From the NCBI GenBank assembly GCA_028023455.1, contig JAQFVV010000009.1, positions 3,534,001 through 3,598,000 on the forward strand: DNA of 64,000 nt, in the 5' to 3' direction. Every line of letters starts with the position of its first letter. Position 1 is the stretch's first letter. Origin of the DNA: Epiperipatus broadwayi. Its lineage: Eukaryota; Animalia; Onychophora. The notes beneath the pieces are model-generated. The model did not search any database. It saw only the letters and a program-made list of their open reading frames with translations, and was not told where the DNA came from. Shown here one piece after another: positions 12,073 to 24,814 of this stretch. The position numbers were made by a program, and so were the translations under genes.

Positions 12073-12097
12073 AAAAGTATAATAAAAATAGGAAGAA
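12073..12097 (-). CDS. Candidate 25-nt micro-exon of an unidentified minus-strand gene
   Basis: Very strong acceptor ttttctctcatttcacag| and donor |GTAAGTA. Open in all three frames. Confidence 0.4.
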
Positions 12098-12387
12098 CTG
12101 TGAAATGAGAGAAAATATTAATTAAAAATATGACAGTTAATATGATGTGTAAATATAATAGCAATTTAAATATCAAGTTAAAATTATCAAACAATAATTT
12201 GAATATTACAAATAAGAAGCACACAGATTTCTTTAACAGAAGTATACAATAATTGAAAGTTGTATTTTTATATTGTGCTATTTCCATCATCTAATATGAG
12301 TATTGAATGTTTTTAGAAAAATTTAACTTTATTTAAATATTCCAAATACATTCAACTGTTGGCAATAGTACATAAAACAGGTTAGTA

Positions 12388-12539
12388 TAGGCACATTTTG
12401 AGAGATATTATTCTTCTCTCTTCTTCAGGTGTTGCTGACCTGATCAGTGACAATACTAGCATGGGATTTGAACCTGGACCCTTAGATTGTTGAGTACTGA
12501 ATTTTAAGATAACATCCTAACTAACTGAGCCATCCTGCC
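12388..12539 (-). mobile_element. tRNA-headed SINE with 3' hammerhead core (best copy)
   Basis: A box TGGCTCAGTTAG (12521-12532) and B box GGTTCAAATCC (12464-12474), followed by CAACAC CTGAAGA A GAGAGA agaataata TCTCTC (G>A)AAA TGT. Confidence 0.75.
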
Positions 12540-15476
12540 AAAGGTAACAATCAGTAGAAATTTCATATACTTATCTATGAGGTTTCATCTCTCAAAACAG
12601 TGTGCATATATTAACCTGTTGATGTGCTATAACTAACAGTTGAATGTTGTATTTGGAATATTTAAATAAAGTTAAATTTTTCTAAAGACAGTCAATACTC
12701 ATATTAGTTCAATATAAAAATACAAACTAAAACATCATCATCACAAACATTCAGGAAAATACATACAGTAATTACATTTTTTTTTTTTTACATATAAAAT
12801 AAAAACATGCACAAATAATAAATACACTAGCTTGTATATTGTTAGTTGTCAATAAATATTACTAAAACTCATAGGTGATGCTGCTTAAAAACAATAAATA
12901 TTTTTTTATTATAAAGCAGCCAATAACAGATTTTAAACTGTTATGTTTTACCCATGATGTTTCTAGTTATGAATTTAAGAGTGTCTGCGCGCACACACAC
13001 ATATATATTTAATGCATTGTACTTTTCTTTACCAAATCTATGAGGGAGCATCACACAAATCATGTAGTTATAAGATTATGAGTGATAAATGTTGCAAAGG
13101 TTTCAAATTGCTTAATATGTTTCATTAATAATTACTTTAGACTGATTAATTCCAATCAGAGATATCAATATGTTCCAAAGCATAATTAGTGAAAAAGGAT
13201 CTTACAAAATTGTTATAAGCTATGAAAATGAGTCAAAAATGGATTGATTAAAGTTGCAATATAGTTTTAGTTTTTATGCGACACAAACAATGTTTAATGA
13301 AGAATATTTATATTAACAAAAATGATAATAATTATCACTAAAAGTTATTAAAAATGTGGATATTTAAAAAAAGATTGAAGGCTAACTATAATAATATTAC
13401 TAAATAAAACGATGCAATTCAACAATATATAATATTAATAAACCCTCCCTTCCTTGGGGTGTGAATTAAAGCTACTCACTTTGTTTGAGAAATTATTAAT
13501 AAATAAAGTGCAACTTACATTTATTATTAGCTTATTACACAGATCTTTATGAAATGGAAGCATTCATCAGCTGGCAATGATGAATTCTGAATAGAATGGT
13601 TTCATAAAAATTTAAAGGCTTGTACAAATATTAAATTTTCCTTCTTTCCATCTTCTGTGTTTTGAGAAATGGATGCCAGGTAATTAGAGGGAATGAAAAA
13701 AGAAATATCAGGGTAAATTCTTTTAATATGATGAATATAGCATATTAAATTATTATTATTAATGTTTCTTATAAGTGTTGAAACATGCATAATTTCTTAT
13801 AAGTTAAAGAATGACTAATTTTTCTTACTAAACACAACATCTTATTATGGATTTTATTACTGATTCAACAAACTTTATGTTTTCATATAACATAATTTAA
13901 CAATAAAGTTCTTTGTAGAGAAAGATTTTGTAAAACAACATTTTTTAAGTATATGGATGAGAGAAATAATATATTGTCTATCAGACTCATAAATTTTTTT
14001 AGTTTGACTGATAACTAATAGAACAAGGTGCTTTTAGGACATTAAAGATGTTGCACAATTTTTCCATTTTTTTTTTCATATGTTTTTGCAAAGATATGTG
14101 CAAGTATTTCTGCCATTTGATCAATATGATTATCAATTTTTACTATGACTGACTATAAGGCAATCTTTATAAGAAGACAAGTCAATAATTAGGTTCCTAT
14201 TATTAGATAACCATTTTTTCACTTAATTCAATATTTTATGGTAGAGTAAAACATAACCTTCATTTCAACAATATAATTAATCTTTTGCACCAACAGTAAT
14301 GATTTAATTTAATAGATAAGTATTGTATTATATTATTTATTTATTGGTATCTTCCAAAAACAGTATAGAAAATTATTTCTTTTCATTGTATTCTCTAAAT
14401 ATCACTACATATTACTAAAACTATATAAGATTCCATTGAATATCAAATCCTGATATAAATTCTTATTTGATTTTATTCTAAATATTATTTCTACTAAGCA
14501 ATACTTTATCACCAAAGAGTTTTTTCATACATGTGTTTTTTGCAATACTTTACATTAATTCTAAATGAGTAAATAATTTTCATTACGAAAACCATTTGTC
14601 TTTGACAGTCATTTAATCTCAGATTATTTCTAAGAAAATGTGCTTAAAATTTTAATCTAAATAATATATTTCTTTCATTTTTTGTATTCTCATATCAATG
14701 TGGGCAACTCACAATTTCCCTTTATTTGATAACAAAAAATACAATGTCTTGAAAAATAATGAGGATTGATTATCACATACATATACACTCTTAAGTTTTT
14801 TCTAGATTCATCTTCATTAAGACATGTATAATTGAAAAAAAGCTAATAAATATGGCCTCCATAGTGACATAACATTTGATTAGTGTACCATGATTATATA
14901 AATAGTAATTGTTAATGAATAATCATCAGAATCATCACTATCCATAACTTCTCAAAAGAATATAATGGAATCATATGAAGAACTTCATTATTCACCTCCA
15001 TAGTTCATAATTTTAGGGCACATGCTACACCTCATGGAACCCATAGCTATTGATCCATGTAATCTAATCTATTCTTTAAATTGAAATCATGTGGTGATCT
15101 TAGACTTTTTCTTTAATGACAAGTTTCATTATAATATTGGATTTCCTTATGCTTCCAAAATGTGCCACATAATCCTTTATTATCACAGACATTTTTTGAT
15201 TGTCAGTAAACAAGTCCTGAGTGCAGTGAAGGAAATTAAAAGCATTTTCTGCCTAATAGCACCACATTACAAATGCAACCATCTTTTTTTCTTCTGACTT
15301 ATGAGTATCGAAGTTTTAGTTGCATTAAGTAGCAATTGGAAACCAGATGATCAATTTTAATTTGATAGCTCTTGAAATATTTTTCCTGCAAATTAATTGT
15401 GATAAATTTATTCAGTTATGTAAGTTTAATTTATAATTCAAGTATCACTATCATTTATAAATTTTTTCTATAGTAA

Positions 15477-15526
15477 AAGCAGCTGGCCCGGGTTCGCTTC
15501 CCGGTCAACGCATTTGACATATGAAA
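15477..15526 (+). mobile_element. 5'-truncated copy of the tRNA-Gly-like mini-SINE
   Basis: AAGCAGCTGGCCCGGGTTCGCTTCCCGGTCAACGCATTTGACATATGAAA matches the 3' half of the copies at 5316 and 34818. Confidence 0.88.
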
Positions 15527-16069
15527 TATATAGATTTATTTTTACTTTCACTTTTTCAATTTTCATTCACTTTTTTTCTGCTTGAAACTCATTGTTATCC
15601 AATTTTAAAATATAAACTTTTTCTTAACTTTCAGATTTTATATGAAGCTATATGATTTATATTTTCTATTCTAGTCACCATTTTCATAAATTTTAGCATG
15701 CTGAGAGTGTTGGAAGAGTCGATCATTTCTATTAACTAAATTGCTGACTGATATGGTACTTATTATCTTACTAGAAACAATATAGCATTTCCCATTGAAT
15801 CAGAAGACTAATTTAACACCTTGCTAACAGCAAATCAATATATCATTCTTTATCTTATAACAGATTAACATAGCACCACTCATACTAACAGTAGATTTTT
15901 TTAAAATAGGCATTTCAACTTTTTTTATTATTACTAGCAATAATTTCTAATACATTAATTTCCATTATATATATATGTTTTTTAATTTTTATTCTTTTTG
16001 GACATGAAAAGACAATTCTTTTAGTTTTAAAGCATCATGTTAACAGTGCTTTAAGAATATAAATAGGAA

Positions 16070-16185
16070 TTTTTTTTTTTTTTCATATGTCATAGCACCC
16101 GCCGGGACGCGAACCAACAACCGTCTGCAAACAACTACTTGCTTGCAACGCGGCTGCTATGACCTCTCGGCTAACAATGCTTGAC
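16070..16185 (-). mobile_element. Retroposed tRNA-like element with the same termini as the Gly mini-SINE but a divergent, longer body
   Basis: Minus strand: GTCAA GCATTGTTAGCCGAGAGGTCATAGCAGCCGCGTTGCAAGCAAGTAGTTGTTTGCAGACGGTTGTTGGTTCGCGTCCCGGCGGGTGC TATGACATATG A(n). TSD ATAAATAGGAA (16059-16069 and 16186-16196). Confidence 0.85.
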
Positions 16186-16589
16186 ATAAATAGGAAATGT
16201 TATCTCTTTTTTTTAAAAAAAAAAAAAGAAAATAGAAAAATAAAATTTTGTTTAAAGCTTAAAAAAGAGACTAACCATTTGAGTATCCAAGTGAATATTA
16301 TATATTATGGTATAGTTTGTCTTATTTTCAGTAAGTTTGGGACATAAAGGTAAAGTAGATATTGAATGGTCCATTTAAAGGCAAATACCTCTTCAATAGT
16401 CACTCATAAAGACACAGTGAAGGAGGCACTATTCACCAGACTTATTAATTGTAAAATGGTAGGGGGAGGGTAGTATTTTTTTTCTATCTGCACTTATTCT
16501 CTACCAGCAATATTGGATGTCCAGTTGATTTAGCTAATTAAAAAAAAAACAGTCCTAAAATCTGAAAAAATTTTCAAGTTTTATCTTAC

Positions 16590-18433
16590 TTGAGATCATG
16601 GCAAGCAAAAGAATTAATCACTATTTGTAAAGACCTTTGTATATATTGTAACTAATAAAAATATCCAAAAAATAATGGCTTGGAGGAAAAATGAAAGGAA
16701 TAATGAAGTAGTGTTTTAAGCAGTTTTTTATATTATTTTATTAGTTTTACTTGTGTGTATGTGGTCTATCTGGGTGCCATTAGGCTATCTGAACCTAGAC
16801 AAAGTTACATTATCTACCTACTTATAGATGTCCTGGCTTGAACACTTTTGGTACATTATTTAAAACAGAATGTAGGATTTTGTATTTTAGAACCATATCA
16901 CATTTTCACTAACATTAAGGAAAACAAAACATCTTTATGATTCTTTAGTTGTGCAAATAAAATTATCAGACTAAATTATTATATAAGATTTTAATATCAT
17001 AAATGCATTTTAACATTCTCATAAGTCTAACTAGCTCATATAAAACACTATATATTTATAAGTGGCAATTCACTAAACTTTGAGTGACATTTGATGATCT
17101 TAGATGGCAGTCATATTTTATGATGGCTCACAAATAACAAATACAGTGAAAACTATTATTCATATGGGCATTAAACACATTTATTTAGACTATTGACTGA
17201 TATGATGATGATGATGATGATGATAATGATAATTCCATCCACAGCTTTAGAATTAATTCACAACAAAATTTCATCTTTTATAAACCTATAATTATTTACC
17301 TAAACATTATTATATTTAAATTATGTCTTAACGATTAATGTTCATCAATGATGATGAAAGATCATAATTAACAAGACAATGAATAACTCTGAAGAAATAT
17401 ATAGCCTCTTTTAATAAAAACAAATTAACATTTATTACTGATTAATCATTACTTCAGATATAAAATTTACACTATTAATAATGTAAACAAGACATTTATT
17501 TTATATAGCGCAATGTTTTTATAAACTGTATTAACAATGATAAATTGTTTACATTTAAATAATAATAATCATAATACCAAAGATCTTCTCCCTTTCCCTT
17601 AATGACACATACTCAATGTTCATATCATCTAGTGTAATGGGTGTGCATTAATTTCTGTAATGGTTAAATAAAATTCTTATATCCTAAAAACACATTTTTA
17701 TTTAAAAAAAAAGAAATACTCTATGCACACACATACTTGCCTATTGTATATAACATATATTTTATATTTATAAATTTAAACATAATATTTAAAAAAAGAA
17801 ATGAATAAAGAAAGGTTAGTCAGATTATAGAGATTAGAGCATTTAAGGAAATTAGCTTCAAATTACCTATCTGACTGTCCACTGATCTAGGTTATTAATT
17901 ATTTTAAAAAAATCCATCTCCCCTAATGCTAAATTTCTACCAATTTTTAATACTCATACTCAACAAATATACATGTAGGTAAGCATAATTATTTTACTAC
18001 ATGGGTGTGTATTGTCAATTCCTATTATGAATAAAAACTATTAAACCCTTTTGACATACAATATAAATCAACATTTTATAATTTTGAAACAATACACAAT
18101 AAACACATTTGATAAAAATAAAATACACACAGATATGTATACAATATATTACCAAGTCCTATATAACAACTCCAATTAAGTTCTTTGAGACTTTTTGTCA
18201 ATGATTCTATATTCAAATAATCCCAATTACTTCCTTTCCTAAGTCCAGCTTAAACTTTTTCTGTCTATCTTTTTTATTCTTATTTTTCACAGTTATTTAC
18301 AATATATTTTTTATAATTTCTCTATCTCTAAGCAGCATATTTTTATTTGCTTTTATTTTGTTCTTTAATTTATATTCTCCTTCATAACATTTTAAAATAC
18401 TATTCCTATGTAAATATAATGACTGACTTTTAG
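16590..18433 (-). CDS. Cluster of candidate exons of an unidentified minus-strand gene (18301-18433, 17300-17388, 16590-16651)
   Basis: Each unit has AG/GT ends. 18433-18301 joins in phase to 17388, giving ...CYEGEYKLKNKIKANKNMLLRDREIIKNILVIHCLVNYDLSSSLMNINR*. 16651-16590 reads LQYIQRSLQIVINSFACHDL. I could not build one fully consistent chain. Confidence 0.3.
17203..17233. repeat. (TGA)n microsatellite
   Basis: Direct reading of the tandem TGA run. Confidence 0.9.
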
Positions 18434-18640
18434 CTAAAAAAACTTTAATAATACAGTTAAAGAAGAACCTGCTTTTATAAAACAAACAAAATGTATGTAG
18501 CATGTGAGAATATACTGAACTATTTTCATCATCGATCATTAAATGTTAAATGTCTAAAAAAATTTAAACTTTATCTAAACTTTTTCAAATACAAACAACT
18601 TAATAATAACACCCAAGTTAATAGATAACACATGTTAGAA

Positions 18641-18766
18641 AATTACATAATGTTTCATGGTATTATTCTTCACTATTCTTCAGGTATTACTGGCCTGATC
18701 AGTGACAATGCTAGCATAGTAATCAAACTTATACCTTTAGATTCTTGAATATCAAATTTTAAGCCA
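18641..18766 (-). mobile_element. Degenerate copy of the tRNA-headed hammerhead SINE
   Basis: Shares GCTAGCATTGTCACTGATCAGG with the 12388-12539 copy, then CTGAAGA ... GAAAC ATTA on the minus strand. Confidence 0.7.
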
Positions 18767-21149
18767 ATATATATATATATAATATTATAAAATCATATTA
18801 ATATCAAAAGATAAGTTAGTTTTAAAGCAATAAATTTGTAAACAATTAGTTATTGCAATATTCTAAAAAATTGAGAACCAGTATTTTAAATTAGTATCTT
18901 CATAAATGAGAAAATGAGTCTCATAAATCCTCTAAAACTGTTTTTCCATATCACTCTATTTTTAATTCCCTTGTTTAAATAAGCATAATTAAATATTTTA
19001 AAAATATCTAAAGTTGTTTTCTTCTAATATTTCTTTCACAATTCATCAGTCTTTAATAAACAAAATCAATTCAGCTTTTTAAATGTTTATATATATTTAC
19101 TGCATTAATTAAAATTTTGGGAGCATAATCTTAACATTTTATTTATAATCAGTTAAAACAAAAAATAAATGTGCCATAACAATAATAATTATTACTTTTG
19201 ATATAATTTATTTTTTCCTGAAAATTGAAATTGGAATAAAAAGAATATCAGAGATTTCAAGACTTTTCATGTTATATATATATATTCAAAGTGCTAATTA
19301 GAAAGTAGTGATTAAATATCAAGATATAAAAATTGAATATTTTAGTTAATAAACTTTTTTCTAACAAAAAATCTAATCTATAAAATGTATACTCATATAT
19401 ATTTTGTAATCTTTGCTTTGCCAATAAAGCTGATATTTCATTTATTTCAGATATTTAATAATAATAATAAATAAAAAAATTGTAATAGGAAATTTTCACC
19501 AAGTTAAATTATCTTTGCAAATCATATTTATTAAAATTAAATAAGGATATGCAAATCTAAATAGTAAATTATTTAAAGTATTTTTGTCATGAATAAATAT
19601 TATTGTATTTTACTTTAATGTTTGCCAAAGTACTTTAAGTTAATGATTAAAATAGATTTTAATGATTTAAATCCAAAAATGTAGCTAATAAGAGCTTAAT
19701 ATTAGAGAAGTTTAGATTATTCTAATACAATTTAGTATATATAGTTTGGTGCCTGAATAAACCATAATACTAGTTAAATTTAATTTTAATGTTAGAAGTT
19801 AACATGTAGTTGTCATAATTCTAATAAAGTATTTTATTTAAACTAGTTCTTAACAATATTGAATCCATTTGTTAGAATAGTATTATTAAAATTGAGTTTA
19901 GAGATTAAACTAAATTAGTTGATTTGAAAAATAGTAATTAGTTTAATACTATTTAAAAAAGGGTTAACCTTAGTTAGGTTAAAAAATATGGGATAATTTC
20001 TATATGTGTGTAAATGGGCATGCATTAGTAATTCTAATTTATTAATGGAAATATTTCTTTATTTTACAATATTGAATATTATTTTAGAATATTCTTATTT
20101 AGTTAAAAAATTAAATAAAATATTCGTGAACCTCTAAATTTGTTCATTAATATAATAATTATTATGTAATATTTATTTATTTTATTCTATTTTAACAATA
20201 TAATTTCTTAATTAATTTGTATCCTTGATAATTATTAACATTCCTAGACTATCAGGTGTTTGCCCGATTGTCTAGTAAATATTTAAATTGTTACTATTTT
20301 CTAATTAACTGTTAATTTGAAGATTGAAAAATTAAAAGGAAAGAATGTTTCTTGTCAATCAAAATGACTGACATTAGCTAGCTATAAAATCACAAACATA
20401 CATATTTGATTTGATTTTTTTTTGGTCCATCAACTTCATGAGAAAAGCTTTAATAATTAAAAGTAAAAGTATAGTTTTATTTTTTAAAATAAGTTTTTTT
20501 CCCAAATAAAATGAGTACATAAAAACTTTATCAGGTGCTAGGTTTCTCATCCCAAGATAATTGAAAATTTAAATCAGCAATTTTGAAGGAAGAATTTGAA
20601 AAAACTAATGCATTGTAGGTATCAAACATAATTTATTTTATTTCACTTAAGAAATATTACTTATGTCCTGTGTTTATCATGAACTATTCAATTTTTTTAT
20701 TTTAGAGTAAATTCATTGGAAGTTTACCTTAATATTAAATATAAAATGTTTTAACATTTTTTTATAACCCATTAAGATAATAATAATTGTAAGAAACTTT
20801 TAAAATGTTTCACTATTTATTAAATGGTTTGTCTTGGATAAATTTATTTAAAGGAACTACTTATTGAGGAAAAAGAAAAACATTCATTTTTGACACTAAT
20901 GACATTTTATTATTATCAATAATTAATCAGTTATCTATTGTCTTGACTAAAAAAAATGCTTGATAAATTAATTTATGCTCTCAAAAAGTTAATTCAAAAT
21001 GAAAACTATTTAAACTTTTTGCCTTATGAAATACTATGTTTATAGAATTAGTAAATTACACTTATAGAGTAAATGCTATTAATGTAGTCAAAGATTACTA
21101 TTATAGAATTTATGTATTCTATTAAGCGCTGAATGATTAGTAGAAGCTT

Positions 21150-21390
21150 GTTTATGACCAAACCACTATATAAAAGTATTTTGATTAAACTGCATTATAT
21201 TTGAATGCTTTGTTCAGAAAACTTACTTATAGAAAGAGATATGTGTGACAAACTACTATATTAAATATTTTACCAAGAAAGTCTGCTTAATTTTGAAAAG
21301 AAATATTTATGAACAAACCACTGTGTTGAATATCTTGCTTGTAAAAACTTACTTAAATTGGAAAAGAAGACTGTGTGATTAATTGCTATA
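21150..21390. repeat. Imperfect tandem repeat, about 65-bp period, 3-4 units
   Basis: Recurrent GAAAAGA...T(G/T)TGA...CAAACCACT and AAAACTTACTTA motifs. TGA anchors fall at 21155, 21246, 21310 and 21376. Confidence 0.6.
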
Positions 21391-22049
21391 TTTAAATAAT
21401 TATCTGTGCTTAGTTAAAATAGAAAAGCAGAGTAATGCTGTGAGAAGTGTTGAAAACTATTCTATCAATTATATATTTGATCATTCATGAAATAATGGCC
21501 ATTCATTTATTAACATTTATTATATGTGCCTGTACAAAGTCTTTATAAGAAAAAGAAAAAACTGTCAATGCATATGCATCTTTTGAATTATGTTTCCAGT
21601 GTTTGGAAAAACATACATACTTGTTAAATTTATTTGCTATCAGACCAGAAATTCTGCAAGATTAAGAATGTTAATATTTTATAATTTTATAAAAAAAAAG
21701 TTTTGGTAAAATTTTATGCTTTAAGTTTAAGTCATGCATTTATAATTTATTATTATTATATGCTATTTAAAAATATTATTATTTTTTAATATTTTATGTT
21801 ATGATCTAGAGTGCCTGATAGCAATTCACTTATTATTATTTGTGATTTTAAAAAGTATTGCTTCTTTTCTTTATAATGAGAAATATATTTTATAATGAAT
21901 GCTTATATATTTATGAAAGATTATGTATATTTCTTGTCCTTTTTAATTGCTTAAGGCTACATTTATTCAGTCATATTTGACAACTATATTATTACTTTAT
22001 CAGTTTTATGCATCAATTTAGTATTACATTTATTGAGAGTTTAGAATTA

Positions 22050-22620
22050 ATTTCTTTCTTGTATATTTGTTATATGCTATTTGACCACTGTACATTTCCA
22101 AGATATGCAAATTTTATTTCCACTTGATGATTTTGAGATAGAGTTTGGCTCTCTCATTATTTCTATTGGAATGATTTAGATATTTTATAAGGAGATAGAA
22201 GGTCACTCTCTCCGGTATTGTTGAAATTTTCCTTGAGTGATATTTTCCTTATGTTTTATGGTTGTAAAATATTTTATTAATACTGATTCATCCTCATTTT
22301 ATTATATATGTCTAGAGATAAGAGTCCTAACATATTTTCTTGCCCCCAGAAGTAGGTGTGTATTTTGGGTTTATGCCATCACTAGGTTCATTGCTTTATT
22401 TAGCTTTTCATCTTAAAAATATCTTCTTTATTGTGTATTTACTACCATGTATGATGTGATATATATTTTAGTGTATTGGTAATTGATAGGTTTATTATTT
22501 TGAAGTGTATCATACTTTCTTCAGAAGTACTTTTAACTCCCTAAGTGTAGGTTGAGAGTTTTGATGTGTAAATCTGTTTTGCTGTGCCTTGCCAGCACTA
22601 CTTGAGATAAAACTGATAAT
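22050..22620 (-). mobile_element. Highly decayed LINE RT fragment
   Basis: Purine-rich minus strand with a remnant KFAYLGN resembling the F-x-YLG thumb motif. There are many stops. Confidence 0.3.
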
Positions 22621-22670
22621 GATTTATTCAAAATTATAAATTTATATTCTTTAGCATAAATAAGCAATAG

Positions 22671-23493
22671 GCATCATCATCATCCAGAAGCAAGTCATTG
22701 TTGGATTGGTGAGATCTAAATATCATTCAGGTTTACTCATTGTTGGGACAATAGCATAGAGTGTGTGAGTGTATATGTGTAACATCTGAGAACAATTTGA
22801 AGATTTAATACAATTTCAGCAATTAAAAAAATCATAGAATTGCTAAATAATGAATAAATTAGTGAAAGCTATAGATGATAAAATTATAGAATTGTTTTAG
22901 GACATATATTTTATGCAGAACGATATAAAGCTTGTGCCATAAATTTGTTTATAATTTAATGAAGTTTTATCACTTAAAAGACACAAACTATTTTAATGAT
23001 AATAGTGATAATAACTATTTAACTTTAAGGATGAATATTTCTTGTAATAATCTTTTACTTATAGTTGTCCACTTAAGACCATCATAGGTCATGGATATTT
23101 AATTTATTCATTTAAATAAATTTAAATTGTAAAAGTATTCTGCAAGCATTGGATTATCGTAACATTGTTTTGAAAATTTTGTAACAGACTTCCCATAATG
23201 TTCATATTTATAAATTTTGTTTATTGTAAAATAAATGTTATTTTTGTTGTTAAGTCTTGTGTAGTGTCTCTATAATGTCTTGGTATTCACCAATCAATAT
23301 CCAGAAATCTAAACATTGTGTAATTTATAATGCAAATATTTTTCATGCTATTTATTCAAAGTACAGTCACATAAATGGAAATATTAAACTATTTAATGAT
23401 GATGATTTTGCAGATATGAAGAATGCATTTGAAATAAAATATTATTCATTTTATTCTATTGATCACTGTAATTTAAAACTGCAATTTATTTAA
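22671..23493 (+). CDS. Candidate exon pair of an unidentified plus-strand gene (22671-22708 and 23255-23493)
   Basis: Donor TTG|GTGAGA and acceptor tttttgttgttaag| join in phase: HHHHPEASHCWIVLCSVSIMSWYSPINIQKSKHC...KLQFI*. Confidence 0.25.
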
Positions 23494-23682
23494 ATAAGAC
23501 TGCTTTTATAATTAATCATTATCTATTTTCATTTAATAAAATTTATTTATGTTGTTGATGAATATTTTGAATGGCTATAAAATCCTTTTCCACTCTTGTT
23601 ATTCGAATACTATTTCAAAAGAATAATTGTATTATTCCAAATTTAGAGTTTTATACATTTTTGTTTTAATTAAAATATTTTA

Positions 23683-23966
23683 TTAAAATTTTTCGTCATC
23701 ATTATTATTATATAGTAGGTAGACATTAGCTTGTAGACTAAGTATATGTTTTCTCATATCTATCACTAAGATATCGTTTATTTTAGTAATAACATGTCCA
23801 TAAATCAAAATATTGAGAAAATTTAACATTAAAATATAATAACCCTGAGAACATAATACCATAGTTCTATAAAATAAGAATTTATATTTATTGTCAAAGA
23901 AAAGGCAAAGTGGCATAAATAAATCAAAAAGATTTATAAAAGCCGATTGTTTTATTAAATGTGGAT
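23683..23966 (-). CDS. Candidate coding exon (about 94 codons) behind a long polypyrimidine tract
   Basis: Acceptor ...ttccctcttcatcattttattgccatgatcag| opens a frame PHLIKQSAFINLFDLFMPLCLFFDNKYKF...DDEKF*. No homology recognised. Confidence 0.25.
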
Positions 23967-24814
23967 CTGATCATGGCAATAAAATGATGAAGAGGGAATT
24001 GGAGAGGAAATAATGGAAGAAATTTTATTATAATAAAGAAGTTATTGTACCCTTGCTACTGTATTATGTGTGCTATAAATATTAGGAGCTTTGAAAATTT
24101 TGAAAGAGTTGAGTTGAGGTTTTTCCTTCTCTTAAAATTTTATCTGGTTATATCTTACAATGTTTAATAATTATTATTATCATTATTATTATTATTATAG
24201 TTTCATTCATTGTTAGCATAAATTATAGTAGCAAAGAACCCTGAGTTTGCCTGATTTTTTGATTTGCCATAATTCATAATTTACATGTTGAACCCTACTT
24301 ACACCCAATTTTCCTGGGTACAATATATATAAATTCTATTAATTTTAACAATTCTTTTATATAAAGAATTTAATACTGAGAACATAAAATAATATTTCTG
24401 AAGTAATAATTTTTATATATGCATTCTATAGAAATCTTTTACAAATCATACATTCTAAAAATCATTTTAATAAATTTTACAGTGCCCTCTTATATCAATA
24501 TCCTAACCAGATAAAAATTGAATTATTTTTTATCCAGTTCCCATAGAAGAGGCTCGGTAATAATATCATTATTATTTTCTTCAGATTGAATTACAAAAAA
24601 AAAAATGTAATGATGTCTTAGTAGAAGGCTGCATTTTGGGACTTCAGACAAAAAAGGTTTTAATGTGATTGTAGTAATGTTTTTTTTTATATCTTTCTCA
24701 GTGTTGGTTGGTAGTAGGAAAAAAGAAGTCTTTTTTGATCATATTTGTATAAAAAAGTTTTCATTGTGACCATGTCAATAATTTAATAAATTTTGACTTA
24801 AATAAACTTTAATT

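Noticed and set aside
11490-24600. Other CTGA(A/T)GA matches (about 11493, 13564, 22520, 24587) as hammerheads
   Set aside because: They lack a stem II closed by GAAA or lack stem I/III, and are expected by chance.
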